The notes below the pieces were generated by a model. That model was not told where the DNA came from. It searched no databases and saw nothing but the letters and a program-made list of their open reading frames with translations. This document shows positions 1 to 9,546 of a stretch of DNA of 64,000 nt, piece after piece. This stretch comes from an uncultured Candidatus Rokubacteria bacterium. GTDB taxonomy: Bacteria > Methylomirabilota > Methylomirabilia > Rokubacteriales > DASRDR01. Position 1 is the stretch's first letter, and every line of letters starts with the position of its first letter. The stretch covers positions 1 through 64,000 of the forward strand of contig CAVPSB010000025.1 in NCBI GenBank assembly GCA_963708025.1, read 5' to 3'. The translations under genes were made by a program, and so were the position numbers.

Positions 1-155
1 CCGCTACGATTCCAAACAGGCAGTCCCGGTCTGCACGAGTGATCGACCAGCTCGGGCGGCGCGTGGTGCTGGAGACTGCGACCGGATCAGTCATGCTCTG
101 GCGGCCTGATCCATTCTCGGATTGGGGCAGGACTCCCACGAGGCGTTGCGGCTGA

Positions 156-1736
156 GTGGGTACTGCCGCGCTCTCTGGCGTCCTTGCGCGCGGTGCCGTT
201 GCCGTGATCCTGACATTCACCCTGTTCCCCTATCATCTTGTCGGTGGGTCTGATGCGCATGCGGCCGACTCGCACTATTCTGTTCGCCGTATATCGGCCG
301 ACGTGTTGGCGAATGTCGTCCTGTTCGCTCCGCTGGGCTTTGGCCTGGCTGCAGTGGCCGAGCACAGGAGGATGGCAAGGCGCGTCGGCTTCTTACTCAG
401 CCTTGCCTCGACTCTCGGTCTCTCGATCGGGGTCGAAGTGCTTCAGGCCATGATACCCACCCGGACCGCCTCGGTGCATGATGTGGTGAGCAATGGCGTC
501 GGGGGCGTCATCGGATACCTGTGTCATGTTCGATGGGGACCGGCAATCCTTGGATGGCTATGCGCACTGATCCGGAATGCCACGGGTCGTTTGTCCGTTC
601 GGTGGCTGACCGGGAGCCTTTTCGCGTACGTCTCGATGACCCTGCTGCTGCCCCTGCCTGTGCTGTTCTGGGCAACGGGTTTCAGCAACTGGGATGGTTA
701 CTTTCCGTTGGTGGTCGGCAACGAGCCCACGGGAGACCACCCCTGGTCCGGGTGGATCGATCGACTGGAGATCGTGGGTCGGGCGATTTCCGATGGCGAG
801 GCCCGAATGGTTGCGGCAAACGGGGCGCTGGCGCCCACCGACGGCGCTTTGCTCGCCCGCTATGACTTTCAAGGGCAGTCGCCGTTCGAGGATCACAGCG
901 GTCATCTGCCGGACTTGGTGTGGAGGGGTCGGACAGTGGAGGCATCGCGACGAACCGGGGTCACGTTCGCAGGAGGTTCCTGGCTTGAAAGCGTCGAGCC
1001 GGCAACCGACCTGGGACGCCGGTTGCGCCGAACCCGCCAGTTCACGGTCATCGTGATCTGTGCCCCCGCCAATACCCTTCAGAGAGGCCCTGCTCGGATC
1101 GTGACCATTTCCAGCAGTCCTCGTGCCCGTAACTTCACAATCGGACAGCAAGGGTCGGACGCCATCGTACGGCTGCGAACTCCGTTTACCGGCGGCAATG
1201 GCGCTCCCCCGGAGCTGCGGGTTGCCGACGTCTTCGAGATTGGCGGCCTGCGCCAGTTGATCGCAACCTACGATGGCTCGATCCTTCGGCTGTATGTCAA
1301 CGGCCGGGCGGCTTCAGCCAGCTTGCATCTAGATCCGGATCCCCGGGCGCTTCTGGTGGGTCTCCTGACGCCGGCTCGTCCCAAGACCACCTGGGCCCGG
1401 GTCTATTCGGACCCCAACAATGTGAGACAGGATCTCGCTCTGTACTACCTGGCCACCTTCGTTCCGTTGGGATGTCTTTTGATGATCGCCAAGAGGCGGT
1501 ACGGGCAGACAAGAAGTGCGGTCACGATGCTGCTCGTCAGCAGTCTCCCAATACTATCCCTGCTGCTGGAATGGCTGATCAGTGGGCTGCGTGGGTCCGC
1601 GTTCTCTGTCGGGAACGTGCTGCTCGGGTTCTTGCTCGGAGGACTCCCGGTGTTCTGGCTTGGTTGGCACGCGGAGCCTCGGATAGGAAGATTGCCGACG
1701 CGCGGGTGCCAGCCACCTATCGACTCTTGCACGTGA
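156..1736 (+). CDS. VanZ-family membrane protein with central LamG/concanavalin-like domain
   Basis: N-terminal VanZ motifs (DVLANVVLFAPLGF, IEVLQ..PTRTASVHDVVSNGVG). Central LamG-like beta region (ATYDGSILRLYVNG). C-terminal TM helices. Confidence 0.8.
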   Translation: MGTAALSGVLARGAVAVILTFTLFPYHLVGGSDAHAADSHYSVRRISADVLANVVLFAPLGFGLAAVAEHRRMARRVGFLLSLASTLGLSIGVEVLQAMIPTRTASVHDVVSNGVGGVIGYLCHVRWGPAILGWLCALIRNATGRLSVRWLTGSLFAYVSMTLLLPLPVLFWATGFSNWDGYFPLVVGNEPTGDHPWSGWIDRLEIVGRAISDGEARMVAANGALAPTDGALLARYDFQGQSPFEDHSGHLPDLVWRGRTVEASRRTGVTFAGGSWLESVEPATDLGRRLRRTRQFTVIVICAPANTLQRGPARIVTISSSPRARNFTIGQQGSDAIVRLRTPFTGGNGAPPELRVADVFEIGGLRQLIATYDGSILRLYVNGRAASASLHLDPDPRALLVGLLTPARPKTTWARVYSDPNNVRQDLALYYLATFVPLGCLLMIAKRRYGQTRSAVTMLLVSSLPILSLLLEWLISGLRGSAFSVGNVLLGFLLGGLPVFWLGWHAEPRIGRLPTRGCQPPIDSCT

Positions 1737-1830
1737 CACGCGGCACCCTGAACCTACTGATTGCAACGTCTTCCGCGCTGGCCCTGCCAGAAGGCAACCG
1801 CCTCACCGTGTTTTCCAAGAATCCAAATCA

Positions 1831-2817
1831 TCAATCCTGATCTGTGTTGCCCGAGCCGGCCGCTTCGGCGAGTACGCTAGCGCGCAACGCGGCGTAGGAG
1901 GCTTCCGAGCTCCCCAAGGTTGCGCTCGTCGCCCGGTCGAAGGTTGAGCCGTCGTTCTCAACGGAGGCGATCGGAACGTCTCCTAAGAACGATGCGCCTT
2001 CGGAGAACGTACTCATAGGAGCGATGATGAAATCGCACTGCGAAAGCGAAACGAAATCTCCGTAAACAGACCCTGGTCCTCGAAAAGTCCCTTCAAACGC
2101 CAGAAGGCGGGGCGAGATCCGTTCATCGGAGACTACGAGGAAGCATACGCTGCGAGCCGACTGCCACCGCCGAACCGCCTCCATGCACCGCAGATACTCG
2201 TCGTCTGAGAAGAAATATCTGCCCCGTTGAAAGTGACGATAGTCCGACCGTCGTACATGCACTCCACAAAGAAAGTCCCCGGCCGCTCGGGCTGGGCTGA
2301 TTGCAGTTTGGGCCTCTTTCACCACAAGCGGATCAGGACGCAAGAACCGGCGGACCTCCTTCCGAATCTCCGGTTTCCGAAGAGCGTGATGATAATAGAA
2401 ACCGGGGCCGTCCAGTACCACGATAGAATGATCTTGGAGTAGACTGTGCGTCTGAGGCTCTCCGAGTAAGACACGCGACGGATAGCTCTTGCAGTTCGGA
2501 TCTCCCGAAGCCTTCAGGTAAGCTACTCCAGGCGGCAGGACGGACAATGCGTCCATCCGCTGGAGTAGGCCGCATGACCTTCGCGAACCAGCCACCAGCC
2601 ACCTGCGAAGCCAAGTCATAGCTACTGAGCGCCCTCGATGCGGCGGCCATACGGGGATCGCACCGATCTGCATTTCGGGGAAAAGCCCTGCATACGGCTC
2701 GATCGCGGGAAGCCAAAGCCGGGCTCCGTGCTCCGTCGCAGCAGCTACGAGATGGGCGAGGACATACACTCGATTGCCAAGCCGGTTTCCCTGCCGAGCC
2801 CAGAACAGAATTCGCAC
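1831..2817 (-). CDS. GT11-like (alpha-1,2-fucosyltransferase family) glycosyltransferase
   Basis: GNRLGN N-terminal motif, GVHVRRSDY, FLVVSD and CDFIIAPMSTFS are GT11 signature motifs. Confidence 0.8.
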   Translation of the reverse strand: MRILFWARQGNRLGNRVYVLAHLVAAATEHGARLWLPAIEPYAGLFPEMQIGAIPVWPPHRGRSVAMTWLRRWLVAGSRRSCGLLQRMDALSVLPPGVAYLKASGDPNCKSYPSRVLLGEPQTHSLLQDHSIVVLDGPGFYYHHALRKPEIRKEVRRFLRPDPLVVKEAQTAISPARAAGDFLCGVHVRRSDYRHFQRGRYFFSDDEYLRCMEAVRRWQSARSVCFLVVSDERISPRLLAFEGTFRGPGSVYGDFVSLSQCDFIIAPMSTFSEGASFLGDVPIASVENDGSTFDRATSATLGSSEASYAALRASVLAEAAGSGNTDQD

Positions 2818-3140
2818 GATGGTGACTTGCCGCTTCGCTATGTCACTAGATCTTATCCAACAGATGGTATTCCAGACAGCGATCCGGCCATAGAATGGAC
2901 AAACGCCACTCCCTCGGCTCCCTCGCCGTGCGACCCGGGTGAGCGGAATGCGCCCTCCCCTGCGGACCCCCTAGCCTGACACCGGGACGGCCCGCTTTAT
3001 CGGGGCGAAGGGGGGGGCGGCACCGCGATCGCCCGCCCACCCCAAGCCATTTTGAGCCGCCACGGGCTCGCGGTCAAGAAGCGGGTGGAGGGGTGCGGCT
3101 GCGGGCCCCGGGGGGGGGCGCCGGCGCGTGTCAGGGCGCG

Positions 3141-3208
3141 CACGTCCGAGTCTTCGGGTTGCGCGGGCTGAGCACCGGCATCAGCTTCATGGCGTACGAC
3201 CCGGCGTT
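3141..3208 (+). repeat. 68-bp copy of an internal segment of the downstream FG-GAP gene (4604-4671)
   Basis: Direct comparison gives 66/68 identity. Confidence 0.9.
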
Positions 3209-3527
3209 CAGACGCGCTGGTCTGACCCTGACATCGCGGCAACCGCGTGGTTCTCGTGACGGCATGCCGCACGCCGGGAACGGGACCCGGGCCACAGACA
3301 CGAAGATGGATTTGACGTCTTGGTCCGCCACGGAATCCGGCGTCCGAGTCCGTCCCCCGTGGCGGGGCGCTTCGACGAGCCAGGCCGGAACAAAACCTAT
3401 CCTTCGCGTTCTACCGGCTCCCGATCATCACTCACCTCGCCTGACTCAGCAGCCCGAAAGGAGAACCCCTTCCGAAATACTTCCTGGTCGGGACTAGGGG
3501 ATTATCCCTGACGAGGGATCATTCCTA

Positions 3528-3556
3528 TTGACCCGGCCCCGCTCGACGGTGATACT
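3528..3556 (+). promoter_or_regulatory. Putative sigma70 promoter upstream of the riboswitch and FN3 gene
   Basis: TTGACC-17 nt-GATACT. Confidence 0.5.
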
Positions 3557-3692
3557 GTCGGGGGCTGAGAGGCAAGGCTGAGTACGATCGCCAGCATCCG
3601 GGCGGCGTGCGGGCTATCGGGTCTTTCGTATGGAGCCAGGCTTGGCGATCTACTTGGACTTCTCGCAGCGACGAGCCGAGTGACCGGAGAAT

Positions 3693-3797
3693 TGCGGCCG
3701 ATCGAGGCAGACGACCCGAAAGGGTGCGACGCAAGGCTACGGGCCCATGTCCCGCGCCGCGCGGGGCCGGGATAGGGCGGCTGGACTGCCGAGCGCA
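3693..3797 (+). ncRNA. c-di-GMP-I (GEMM-I) riboswitch
   Basis: AGGCAGAC-GACCC-GAAA-GGGT-GC-GACGCAAGGCTACGGGCCC...GGCGGCTGGACTGCCGA follows the GEMM-I pattern GGCAAAC-P2(GAAA loop)-GACGCAAAGC..GGGTCT...GCCGGGCTGCCGA. It lies in the 5' leader of a secreted protein gene. Confidence 0.8.
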
Positions 3798-4075
3798 CAC
3801 CGGCCTCCACGGCGCGGTGGTCGCCTCCGGCCCTTGCCTCCGGCCCTTGGAGGTTGACCTCGAGTTCGCCGCGAAGGCCGTCCTTTCCCCACCTGCCACT
3901 TGCTCAGTCCGGCTTCCGGATCGAGAGCAAGGCTGGCCCCGGCGGCAATATGCCAAGCGACGCAAGTGGGTGTCGATGTGACGAGCCATGTCGATGCGAC
4001 CGTGACCGACGGAAAGGCGCAGTGGCTGCGGCGTCAACAGCGCGGGAGACTCCTGGGTCGAACGAGGAGGACTGG

Positions 4076-5356
4076 TTGAAGATACTCCTGCCGAGCATTC
4101 CCGGCGCGGGGCCTGTCGTTGTCGTGCTCTTCCTCGCGCTGGCCCTGTGGGCCGGGGAGGCGCATGCCGCTCATCTGGTGCTCAGCTGGACGGACAACGC
4201 CAGCAACGAAGACGGCTTCGAGGTCGAACGGAAGGGGCTGGACGGGCAGTACCGCAAGGTTGCCGTGATGGGGCCGAACACGACCTCCTATGTCGATTGG
4301 GGCTTGATGGCAGGCGTTCCCTACTGCTATCGGGTCCGCGCCGTCAACGCAGCCGGCGCCTCGGCGTTTTCGAACGAGGCCTGCGCCGCCGCGCGCACCC
4401 GGGCGCAGGCGGAACCCCGCCAGTTCACGGGGGCGGGTTTCGGCGGCGGGCCCCACGTCCGCAGCTTCGCGGTCAGCGCCGACGGCGCCTCCCTGAACTT
4501 CATGGCCCCTGACGCGGCGTTCTCCGGTGGGCTCCTCCTCGCCACCGCGGCGCTGGACGGCGCGCAGACCCTGGTCACTGGGGTCGGGCCCGGGGGCGGG
4601 CCTCACGTCCGAGTCTTCGGGTTGAGGGGGCTGAGCACCGGCATCAGCTTCATGGCGTACGACCCGGCGTTGAGCGGCGGGGTGCAGGTCGCTGCAGGCG
4701 ACGTCGATGGCGACGGCACGCTTGAAATCATCACGGCGGCCGGTTCCGGCGGCAGCCCCCACGTGCGGGTGTGGAAGATCGAAGGGACGAGCGTCCGGGA
4801 GCTCACCGGCTTCCTCGCCTTCGACCCGGGGTTCGCGGGTGGTGTCTTCGTCGCCGCGGCCGATGTCGATGGCGACGGAAGGGCCGAGATCATCACGGCG
4901 GCGGGGGCGGGGGGTGGCCCGCAGATTCGGGTCTGGAAGATCATCGGCTCGGGCGCCGTCGAGCTGGTCGGATTCTTCGCGGACAGTCCGGACTTCACGG
5001 GCGGCGTGTTCGTCGCCGCGGGCGACCTCGACAGCGATGGCCGTGCCGAGATCGTGACGGGGGCCGGCCCCGGCGGCGGTCCCCATGTGCGGATCTGGCG
5101 TGTCACGGATAATCAGGTGAGCGAGTTGACCGGCTTCCTCGCGGAGATGCCAGAATTCGGGGGGGGTGTTCGCGTGGCTGTCGGCGATCTCAATGCTGAC
5201 GGCATCGGAGAAGTCGTCACGCTTACCGAGCCGGGCGGTGGCACCCACGTCCAGGTATTCGGGCTGGCGGGCACCGGCGTGGTTCCCCGGCTCTCCTTCT
5301 TCGCGTACGATCCCACCTTCACGGGAGGGGTCTTCGTCACAGCCCCCGCGCGGTAG
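4076..5356 (+). CDS. Secreted fibronectin type III + FG-GAP repeat protein
   Basis: TTG start after GAGGAGG. Signal peptide ends AHA. FN3 domain (LSWTDNASNEDGFEVER..YCYRVRAVN). Repeated GD(V/L)DGDG..EIITAAG.GGGPHVRVW units. Confidence 0.85.
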   Translation: MKILLPSIPGAGPVVVVLFLALALWAGEAHAAHLVLSWTDNASNEDGFEVERKGLDGQYRKVAVMGPNTTSYVDWGLMAGVPYCYRVRAVNAAGASAFSNEACAAARTRAQAEPRQFTGAGFGGGPHVRSFAVSADGASLNFMAPDAAFSGGLLLATAALDGAQTLVTGVGPGGGPHVRVFGLRGLSTGISFMAYDPALSGGVQVAAGDVDGDGTLEIITAAGSGGSPHVRVWKIEGTSVRELTGFLAFDPGFAGGVFVAAADVDGDGRAEIITAAGAGGGPQIRVWKIIGSGAVELVGFFADSPDFTGGVFVAAGDLDSDGRAEIVTGAGPGGGPHVRIWRVTDNQVSELTGFLAEMPEFGGGVRVAVGDLNADGIGEVVTLTEPGGGTHVQVFGLAGTGVVPRLSFFAYDPTFTGGVFVTAPAR

Positions 5357-5691
5357 GCTCGGGTCGCCGGCGCCGAGCCCGGACGGCCAAAGCCGCCCGG
5401 GCCGGGTTGTCTCGGATAGTCGGCGGCGGCTACCCGACTTCCTACCAGGGCCGAGGCTTCGAGGATCTCGGACGGCGTGTCGCCCGGGCCGTGGGCCGCC
5501 CGTCGGGTATGAGTGCTGGAGGCCGCCCCAGGGGACCCGCCTCGCCGGTCCCCTCCGCCGAGCGTCGCCGTCAGATCGCCGGGTGCCTGGAATAGTACTT
5601 GACGTTCACAGTCGGCGGCCGGCTGCCATGAACACGCGCTCCTCCTGCATCAGTCCTCCTAGCCATTTCGCACCACGGCGAATTTAGACTT

Positions 5692-5707
5692 GGGCACACG
5701 GGTTGCG
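5692..5707 (+). promoter_or_regulatory. Candidate sigma54 -24/-12 promoter
   Basis: GGGCACACGGGTTGCG with GG-N10-GC spacing. The downstream ORF is unclear. Confidence 0.45.
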
Positions 5708-6170
5708 TATGGTCTTGACGGTGGTACCCGGCGATCATCGGCCGACCCGCGCAGGTGCGCACCCCAGTGTGCGCCGAGGAATGCCCGCACGCGTTGTTTG
5801 CGCCTTCATTCAGCGACGCCAGGTTCTCGGCGCTGCGTCTGTCCTCTCTTGAACCGCTCCCTTGGCCGGCTTGGAGCATGGACGACGGGCTGGACGCTCT
5901 TCCAATGGTGGGCGGTCATCGGCTGGCCAGCCAGCGCCGAGACGGCGGGGGGAATGCTCGCCGTCTTGAGCGGCGGCACAATCGTAGGATTGATCGCCTG
6001 GTTTGGTTGGCAACAGTTCGGCGCCTCTGGCGGCGGCCAGAATCTGGCCGCGGGTGACGGGCAGTCGCATTGATTATCCTCGGGGTGGCGTCCTCGACCA
6101 CGAGAACGCCTCGCGGGCACGCTCTGACAAGCACGCCGATTCGCCACGCTAAGGAGCCGCCTTCCGACAA

Positions 6171-6186
6171 TGTGACCGCTCTTACA
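6171..6186. promoter_or_regulatory. TGT-N10-ACA enhancer-like / CRP-like palindrome
   Basis: TGTGACCGCTCTTACA, about 190 bp upstream of a sigma54 promoter. Confidence 0.35.
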
Positions 6187-6371
6187 CATGGTTCCCCACT
6201 CCTGGATGGAGGCCTCAGACGGGCACTTCCTGCACATACCTCGGCCTGACCAGAGGCACCGACGACGATAGCCCCACATCCCGGGGGGACGCTGTCTCCT
6301 GGGCTTTGTCCGGCGGGACAGAACGGGCGGGCTGCCGTCTACGCTCCGGCAGGGGGACCCGTGCTGACCCC

Positions 6372-6387
6372 TGGCACGAGGCTTGCC
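6372..6387 (+). promoter_or_regulatory. sigma54 -24/-12 promoter
   Basis: TGGCACGAGGCTTGCC matches the consensus TGGCACG-N4-TTGC. Confidence 0.7.
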
Positions 6388-6513
6388 CGTTGAGGCATCG
6401 ATGCCTTCGAGGCACGCGATAGTCAGGCGGGAGGCTCGTCAACGCCGATTCGGGGCCGGCCGCTGTTTGCCTCTGCTTCGCACGTGGCTCGTCTTCGGAT
6501 TGGGTTCGGGGCC

Positions 6514-6817
6514 GTGAGTGCCGCACGCCTGTGGGTTCGCAAGCGCGTCCGCCAGGGGCAGCAGGTACTCGCGTTCGAGGGGGAGATCAACGGGTTGAAC
6601 AGCATGCCACGCACTCGAGCGTCTCGCCGGTACGCCGCCACAGGCCCGGGAGATCGTGCTTGACCTGTCGCGGGTGACCATCGTTGACCCTTTCGGTCTC
6701 GACGTGCTCTCACGTGGACTTTCCCGTCTCGGTCGTGGACGTCGCATCCGGATCCAGGCGTCGCCCGAGCAGCTTCCCCTCCTCGCCTCGCTGACCGGCG
6801 GTCTCGTTCGCGTGTAG
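6514..6817 (+). pseudogene. STAS-domain (anti-sigma antagonist-like) protein with +1 frameshift near 6598
   Basis: My translation reads VSAARLWVRKRVRQGQQVLAFEGEINGL, then after the shift TACHALERLAG..EIVLDLSRVTIVDPFGLDVL, a STAS pattern. It is absent from the ORF track. Confidence 0.65.
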
Positions 6818-7114
6818 CGTTTGGACTGTCGTGCGGTGTACCTCCTCGGAATCGGGGGGCCCGAGATCCACCACGACCCGATCGAGCTTGCGCAAGCGGT
6901 CCTCGAGTTTGGATTCGGAGCGCCTGTGATCACTCAGCGAGTCGGCAGACGCCCGATGGGGCCCGCGACTGGGAGCGCCATCGTAGACCCCCTGTCGAGG
7001 GCCGAGGCCGGCGGCGGGTCCGGCCGTCTGTCGAGCTTTTCGGATCTCCGGTCGGAGGCAGCCGCGGCGGGGACGCACGGAGACTCATGAGGTGTCGGGC
7101 CCCCGGGGTCTCGG

Positions 7115-7549
7115 GTGACGACCGCTGGAGGCGACGCGGAGGCCCGATTCTCGCCTTCGGCCGACGCCGTAAGGTTGAGAGCCCTCGTCATCGACGACGA
7201 GTCGAGCATCCGCCACCTGCTCTCCGAGGTTCTTGACTCTCTGGGGTTCCACGTCGATGCGGCTGCTGACGGACGTGCCGGGCTCGCACTATACGAGGAG
7301 CGCATCTACGAGCTGGTGGTTACCGATCTGAACATGCCGGGCCTCTCCGGCTGGGAAGTGGTGGAGGGCGTCCGGCGCCGCGGGCCGGCTGCGGGCCTCA
7401 TCATGGTCACCGGCTCTGCCGAGAATCTGGACAGAGAGCGGGCCAGGGCCCAAGCGCTGGTTCTGTTGCAGAAGCCGTTCCGGATAGAGGAATTGAGGAA
7501 CGCAATAGAGGAGGCGCTGAGGAGCAAAATGGCAGCGGGGCCCGGGTGA
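7115..7549 (+). CDS. Single-domain response regulator (REC)
   Basis: LVIDDE, TDLNMPGLSG (phosphoacceptor Asp), VTG, KPF. Confidence 0.9.
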   Translation: MTTAGGDAEARFSPSADAVRLRALVIDDESSIRHLLSEVLDSLGFHVDAAADGRAGLALYEERIYELVVTDLNMPGLSGWEVVEGVRRRGPAAGLIMVTGSAENLDRERARAQALVLLQKPFRIEELRNAIEEALRSKMAAGPG

Positions 7550-7624
7550 TCGAGTAGGCGCCTGTCGAAGATCTACTCGCTAGGGCTCCCGGTCAAGGCG
7601 GGGATCGAGTTCGCCCCACCCTCT

Positions 7625-7715
7625 TCTGCAGCCGGCAACGTCAACGGCGACGGCCACGCCGACATCATCACCCGCGCCGGCCCCCGCGGCGGCCCTACGT
7701 CCGCGTCCTCGATGG
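7625..7715 (+). pseudogene. Isolated FG-GAP repeat fragment
   Basis: Translates AAGNVNGDGHADIITRAGPRGGP / YVRVLDG, the same motif as in 4076-5356. Confidence 0.6.
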
Positions 7716-7732
7716 CGTTAAAGGACATCCCG

Positions 7733-8191
7733 CTAGTGAATCCGCCACACTCCTGTCCCACCCTGGCCTGTCCCACCCTGGCCTGTCCCACTCTGGCCTA
7801 ACCCACCCTGGCCTGTCCCACCCTGGCCTGTCCCACCCTGGCCTGTCCCACCCTGGCCTGTCCCACCCTGGCCTGTCCCACCCTGGCCTGTCCCACCCTG
7901 GCCTGTCCCACCCTGGCCTGTCCCACCCTGGCCTGTCCCACCCTGGCCTGTCCCACCCTGGCCTGTCCCACCCTGGCTAGCAACCTGTGGATCTTGGTGA
8001 GGGGGATTCCCCGACGGGGGGTTGCCCGAGCCTCCCGGCGTGTGGTTGCCCGAGCCTCCCTGCGTGTAGTTGCCCGAGCCTCCCTGCGCGAACGCCGGCT
8101 TGGCGGCGAGCGTAAGGATGATCGGCTGCACGTACAACGCCTTCCGAAGGATCTCTCGCCTCGTCTGATCCACTGGACGATTCTCGGACAT
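7733..8191 (-). CDS. Small Gly-rich repeat protein with RR..KALYVQPIILTL leader (precursor-like or secreted)
   Basis: ATG 8191 with GGGAGG RBS and a sigma54 promoter just upstream. Leader TRREILRKALYVQPIILTLAAKPAFA, then (GGSGN)x3 and (QGGTG)x15. Confidence 0.75.
   Translation of the reverse strand: MSENRPVDQTRREILRKALYVQPIILTLAAKPAFAQGGSGNYTQGGSGNHTPGGSGNPPSGNPPHQDPQVASQGGTGQGGTGQGGTGQGGTGQGGTGQGGTGQGGTGQGGTGQGGTGQGGTGQGGTGQGGLGQSGTGQGGTGQGGTGVWRIH
7753..7977. repeat. 15-bp tandem repeat, ~15 copies (CTGTCCCACCCTGGC), coding QGGTG
   Basis: Seen directly. Two units vary (QGGLG, QSGTG). Confidence 0.95.
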
Positions 8192-8248
8192 TCTCGGTTC
8201 CCTCCCGAGTCTGGGACTTGCGATAGCGTGGTGCTGAGCCTCATGCAT

Positions 8249-8264
8249 AGCAACTAAGGTGCCA
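8249..8264 (-). promoter_or_regulatory. sigma54 -24/-12 promoter for the Gly-rich gene
   Basis: Minus strand reads TGGCACCTTAGTTGCT. Confidence 0.8.
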
Positions 8265-8465
8265 AGCCTAGAGGCTCAATCTGGCGGCACAATCTCCCAT
8301 CATGTGGGCGGCGAAATACGAACGCGAATACACATAGTGTGCACAGAACATCAGCTCATTGCAAGCCGAAGTCTGTGCCGTTCTGGTGGAAGCGAGAAGG
8401 GCGGGTGGTGTCCCTATTCTGGTGGAAATGTCGGGACGCAACTTCCGGTTCGGCACCACGCTGGA

Positions 8466-9455
8466 TCACTCGATGATCTCGTCTGCCCGCGCGAGCACGG
8501 ACGGCGGGATCGTCAGGCCGAGAGCCCTGGCAGTCTTAAGGTTGATGATCAGGCGAACCTGGGTGACGTCTTCGACGGGAAGGTCGCGAGGCGTTTGACC
8601 CCGCAAGATCTTCGCGACCAGCCGTGCGGCCTGAACTCCTTCCGCTTCGTAATCAGATCCATATGCCGCCAGCCCGCCAAGCCCGCTCTCTGCCACCCCA
8701 GGAAGCGTTGCCCGGGCCCAGAGTGCCGCGGGGTAGATCACGGGCAACCGAGCCTGCAGCGATGCCACCAACATCTGTCCCGGCACATTGAGGATGGTGT
8801 CATAGGGTGCTAGCAGCCCGTCGCCCTGTGGGATGCCTTTCAGCGTCTTCGCCAGCTCTTCAGCCGTGCGAACGGGTCGCGCGATGACCTGCACGCCCAG
8901 ACGCGGAGCCGCTTCCTGGGCGCCCCGGGCGGCTGCAGCCGCCGACGGATCGTCCACATGGTGAACGGCCCAGACACGGCGAAGGCTCGGGACGAGGGCC
9001 TTCAAGATCTCGAGTCGCTTCGGTGCCAGCTCGGTCTCCAGGCCTGACACTCCGGTCACATTTCCTCCTGGATGTGCCGTAGCCTTGACAATCCCGGCCG
9101 CTACGGGGTCCCCCACCCCTGCAAAGACGATCGATGTCGTCCCGGTTGCCGCCATGGCGGCCCTCGTTGGGGCTTCGCCAACGGTGAAGATCACGTCCAC
9201 GCCTCCGGCCATCAAGGCCTTCGCGGCTGCGGGAAGTGCGTGAACATCTCCCCGGGTGAATTTGACATCGAAGACAACGTCGCGACCCTCTTCCAACCCC
9301 GCCGCCTTGAGTCCGGCCCTGAGTCCCTCCAAGGCCGGCGTTCGCTCGCCGAAGGCGGGGTGGAGCACACCGACGTGGTATGCGCGGACCGAGGCCTGCT
9401 GTGCCGCAGCGGTGGGCGGCACGGACACGAGAGCGATGGCAAGGCTGACTATCAT
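8466..9455 (-). CDS. ABC transporter substrate-binding protein (ABC_sub_bind type)
   Basis: Signal peptide, GDPVAAGIV..HPGGNVTG, KRLEILK, LIINLKTARALGLTIPPSVLARADEIIE. Confidence 0.9.
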   Translation of the reverse strand: MIVSLAIALVSVPPTAAAQQASVRAYHVGVLHPAFGERTPALEGLRAGLKAAGLEEGRDVVFDVKFTRGDVHALPAAAKALMAGGVDVIFTVGEAPTRAAMAATGTTSIVFAGVGDPVAAGIVKATAHPGGNVTGVSGLETELAPKRLEILKALVPSLRRVWAVHHVDDPSAAAAARGAQEAAPRLGVQVIARPVRTAEELAKTLKGIPQGDGLLAPYDTILNVPGQMLVASLQARLPVIYPAALWARATLPGVAESGLGGLAAYGSDYEAEGVQAARLVAKILRGQTPRDLPVEDVTQVRLIINLKTARALGLTIPPSVLARADEIIE

Positions 9456-9546
9456 GAGGGGCCGTGGAACCGTGATACTCGCCTCCCGTCGGAATCGGGA
9501 TGGCTCAGCATACCTCGGGGCGTGATGGCCCGAAAGACGCGATTTC

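Noticed and set aside
3503-3520. Hammerhead ribozyme (CTGACGA)
   Set aside because: No stem II followed by GAAA. It is a simple ATCCCT/AGGGAT hairpin.
3141-4671. DGR template/variable repeat pair
   Set aside because: Only two mismatches, not at template adenines, and no reverse transcriptase in the window.
5690-6073. Small membrane protein after a sigma54-like motif
   Set aside because: Only the C-terminal half looks hydrophobic or coding, with no credible start or family. Not called.
7753-7977. CRISPR array
   Set aside because: Head-to-tail 15-bp units with no spacers, in frame in a coding sequence. No cas genes in the window.
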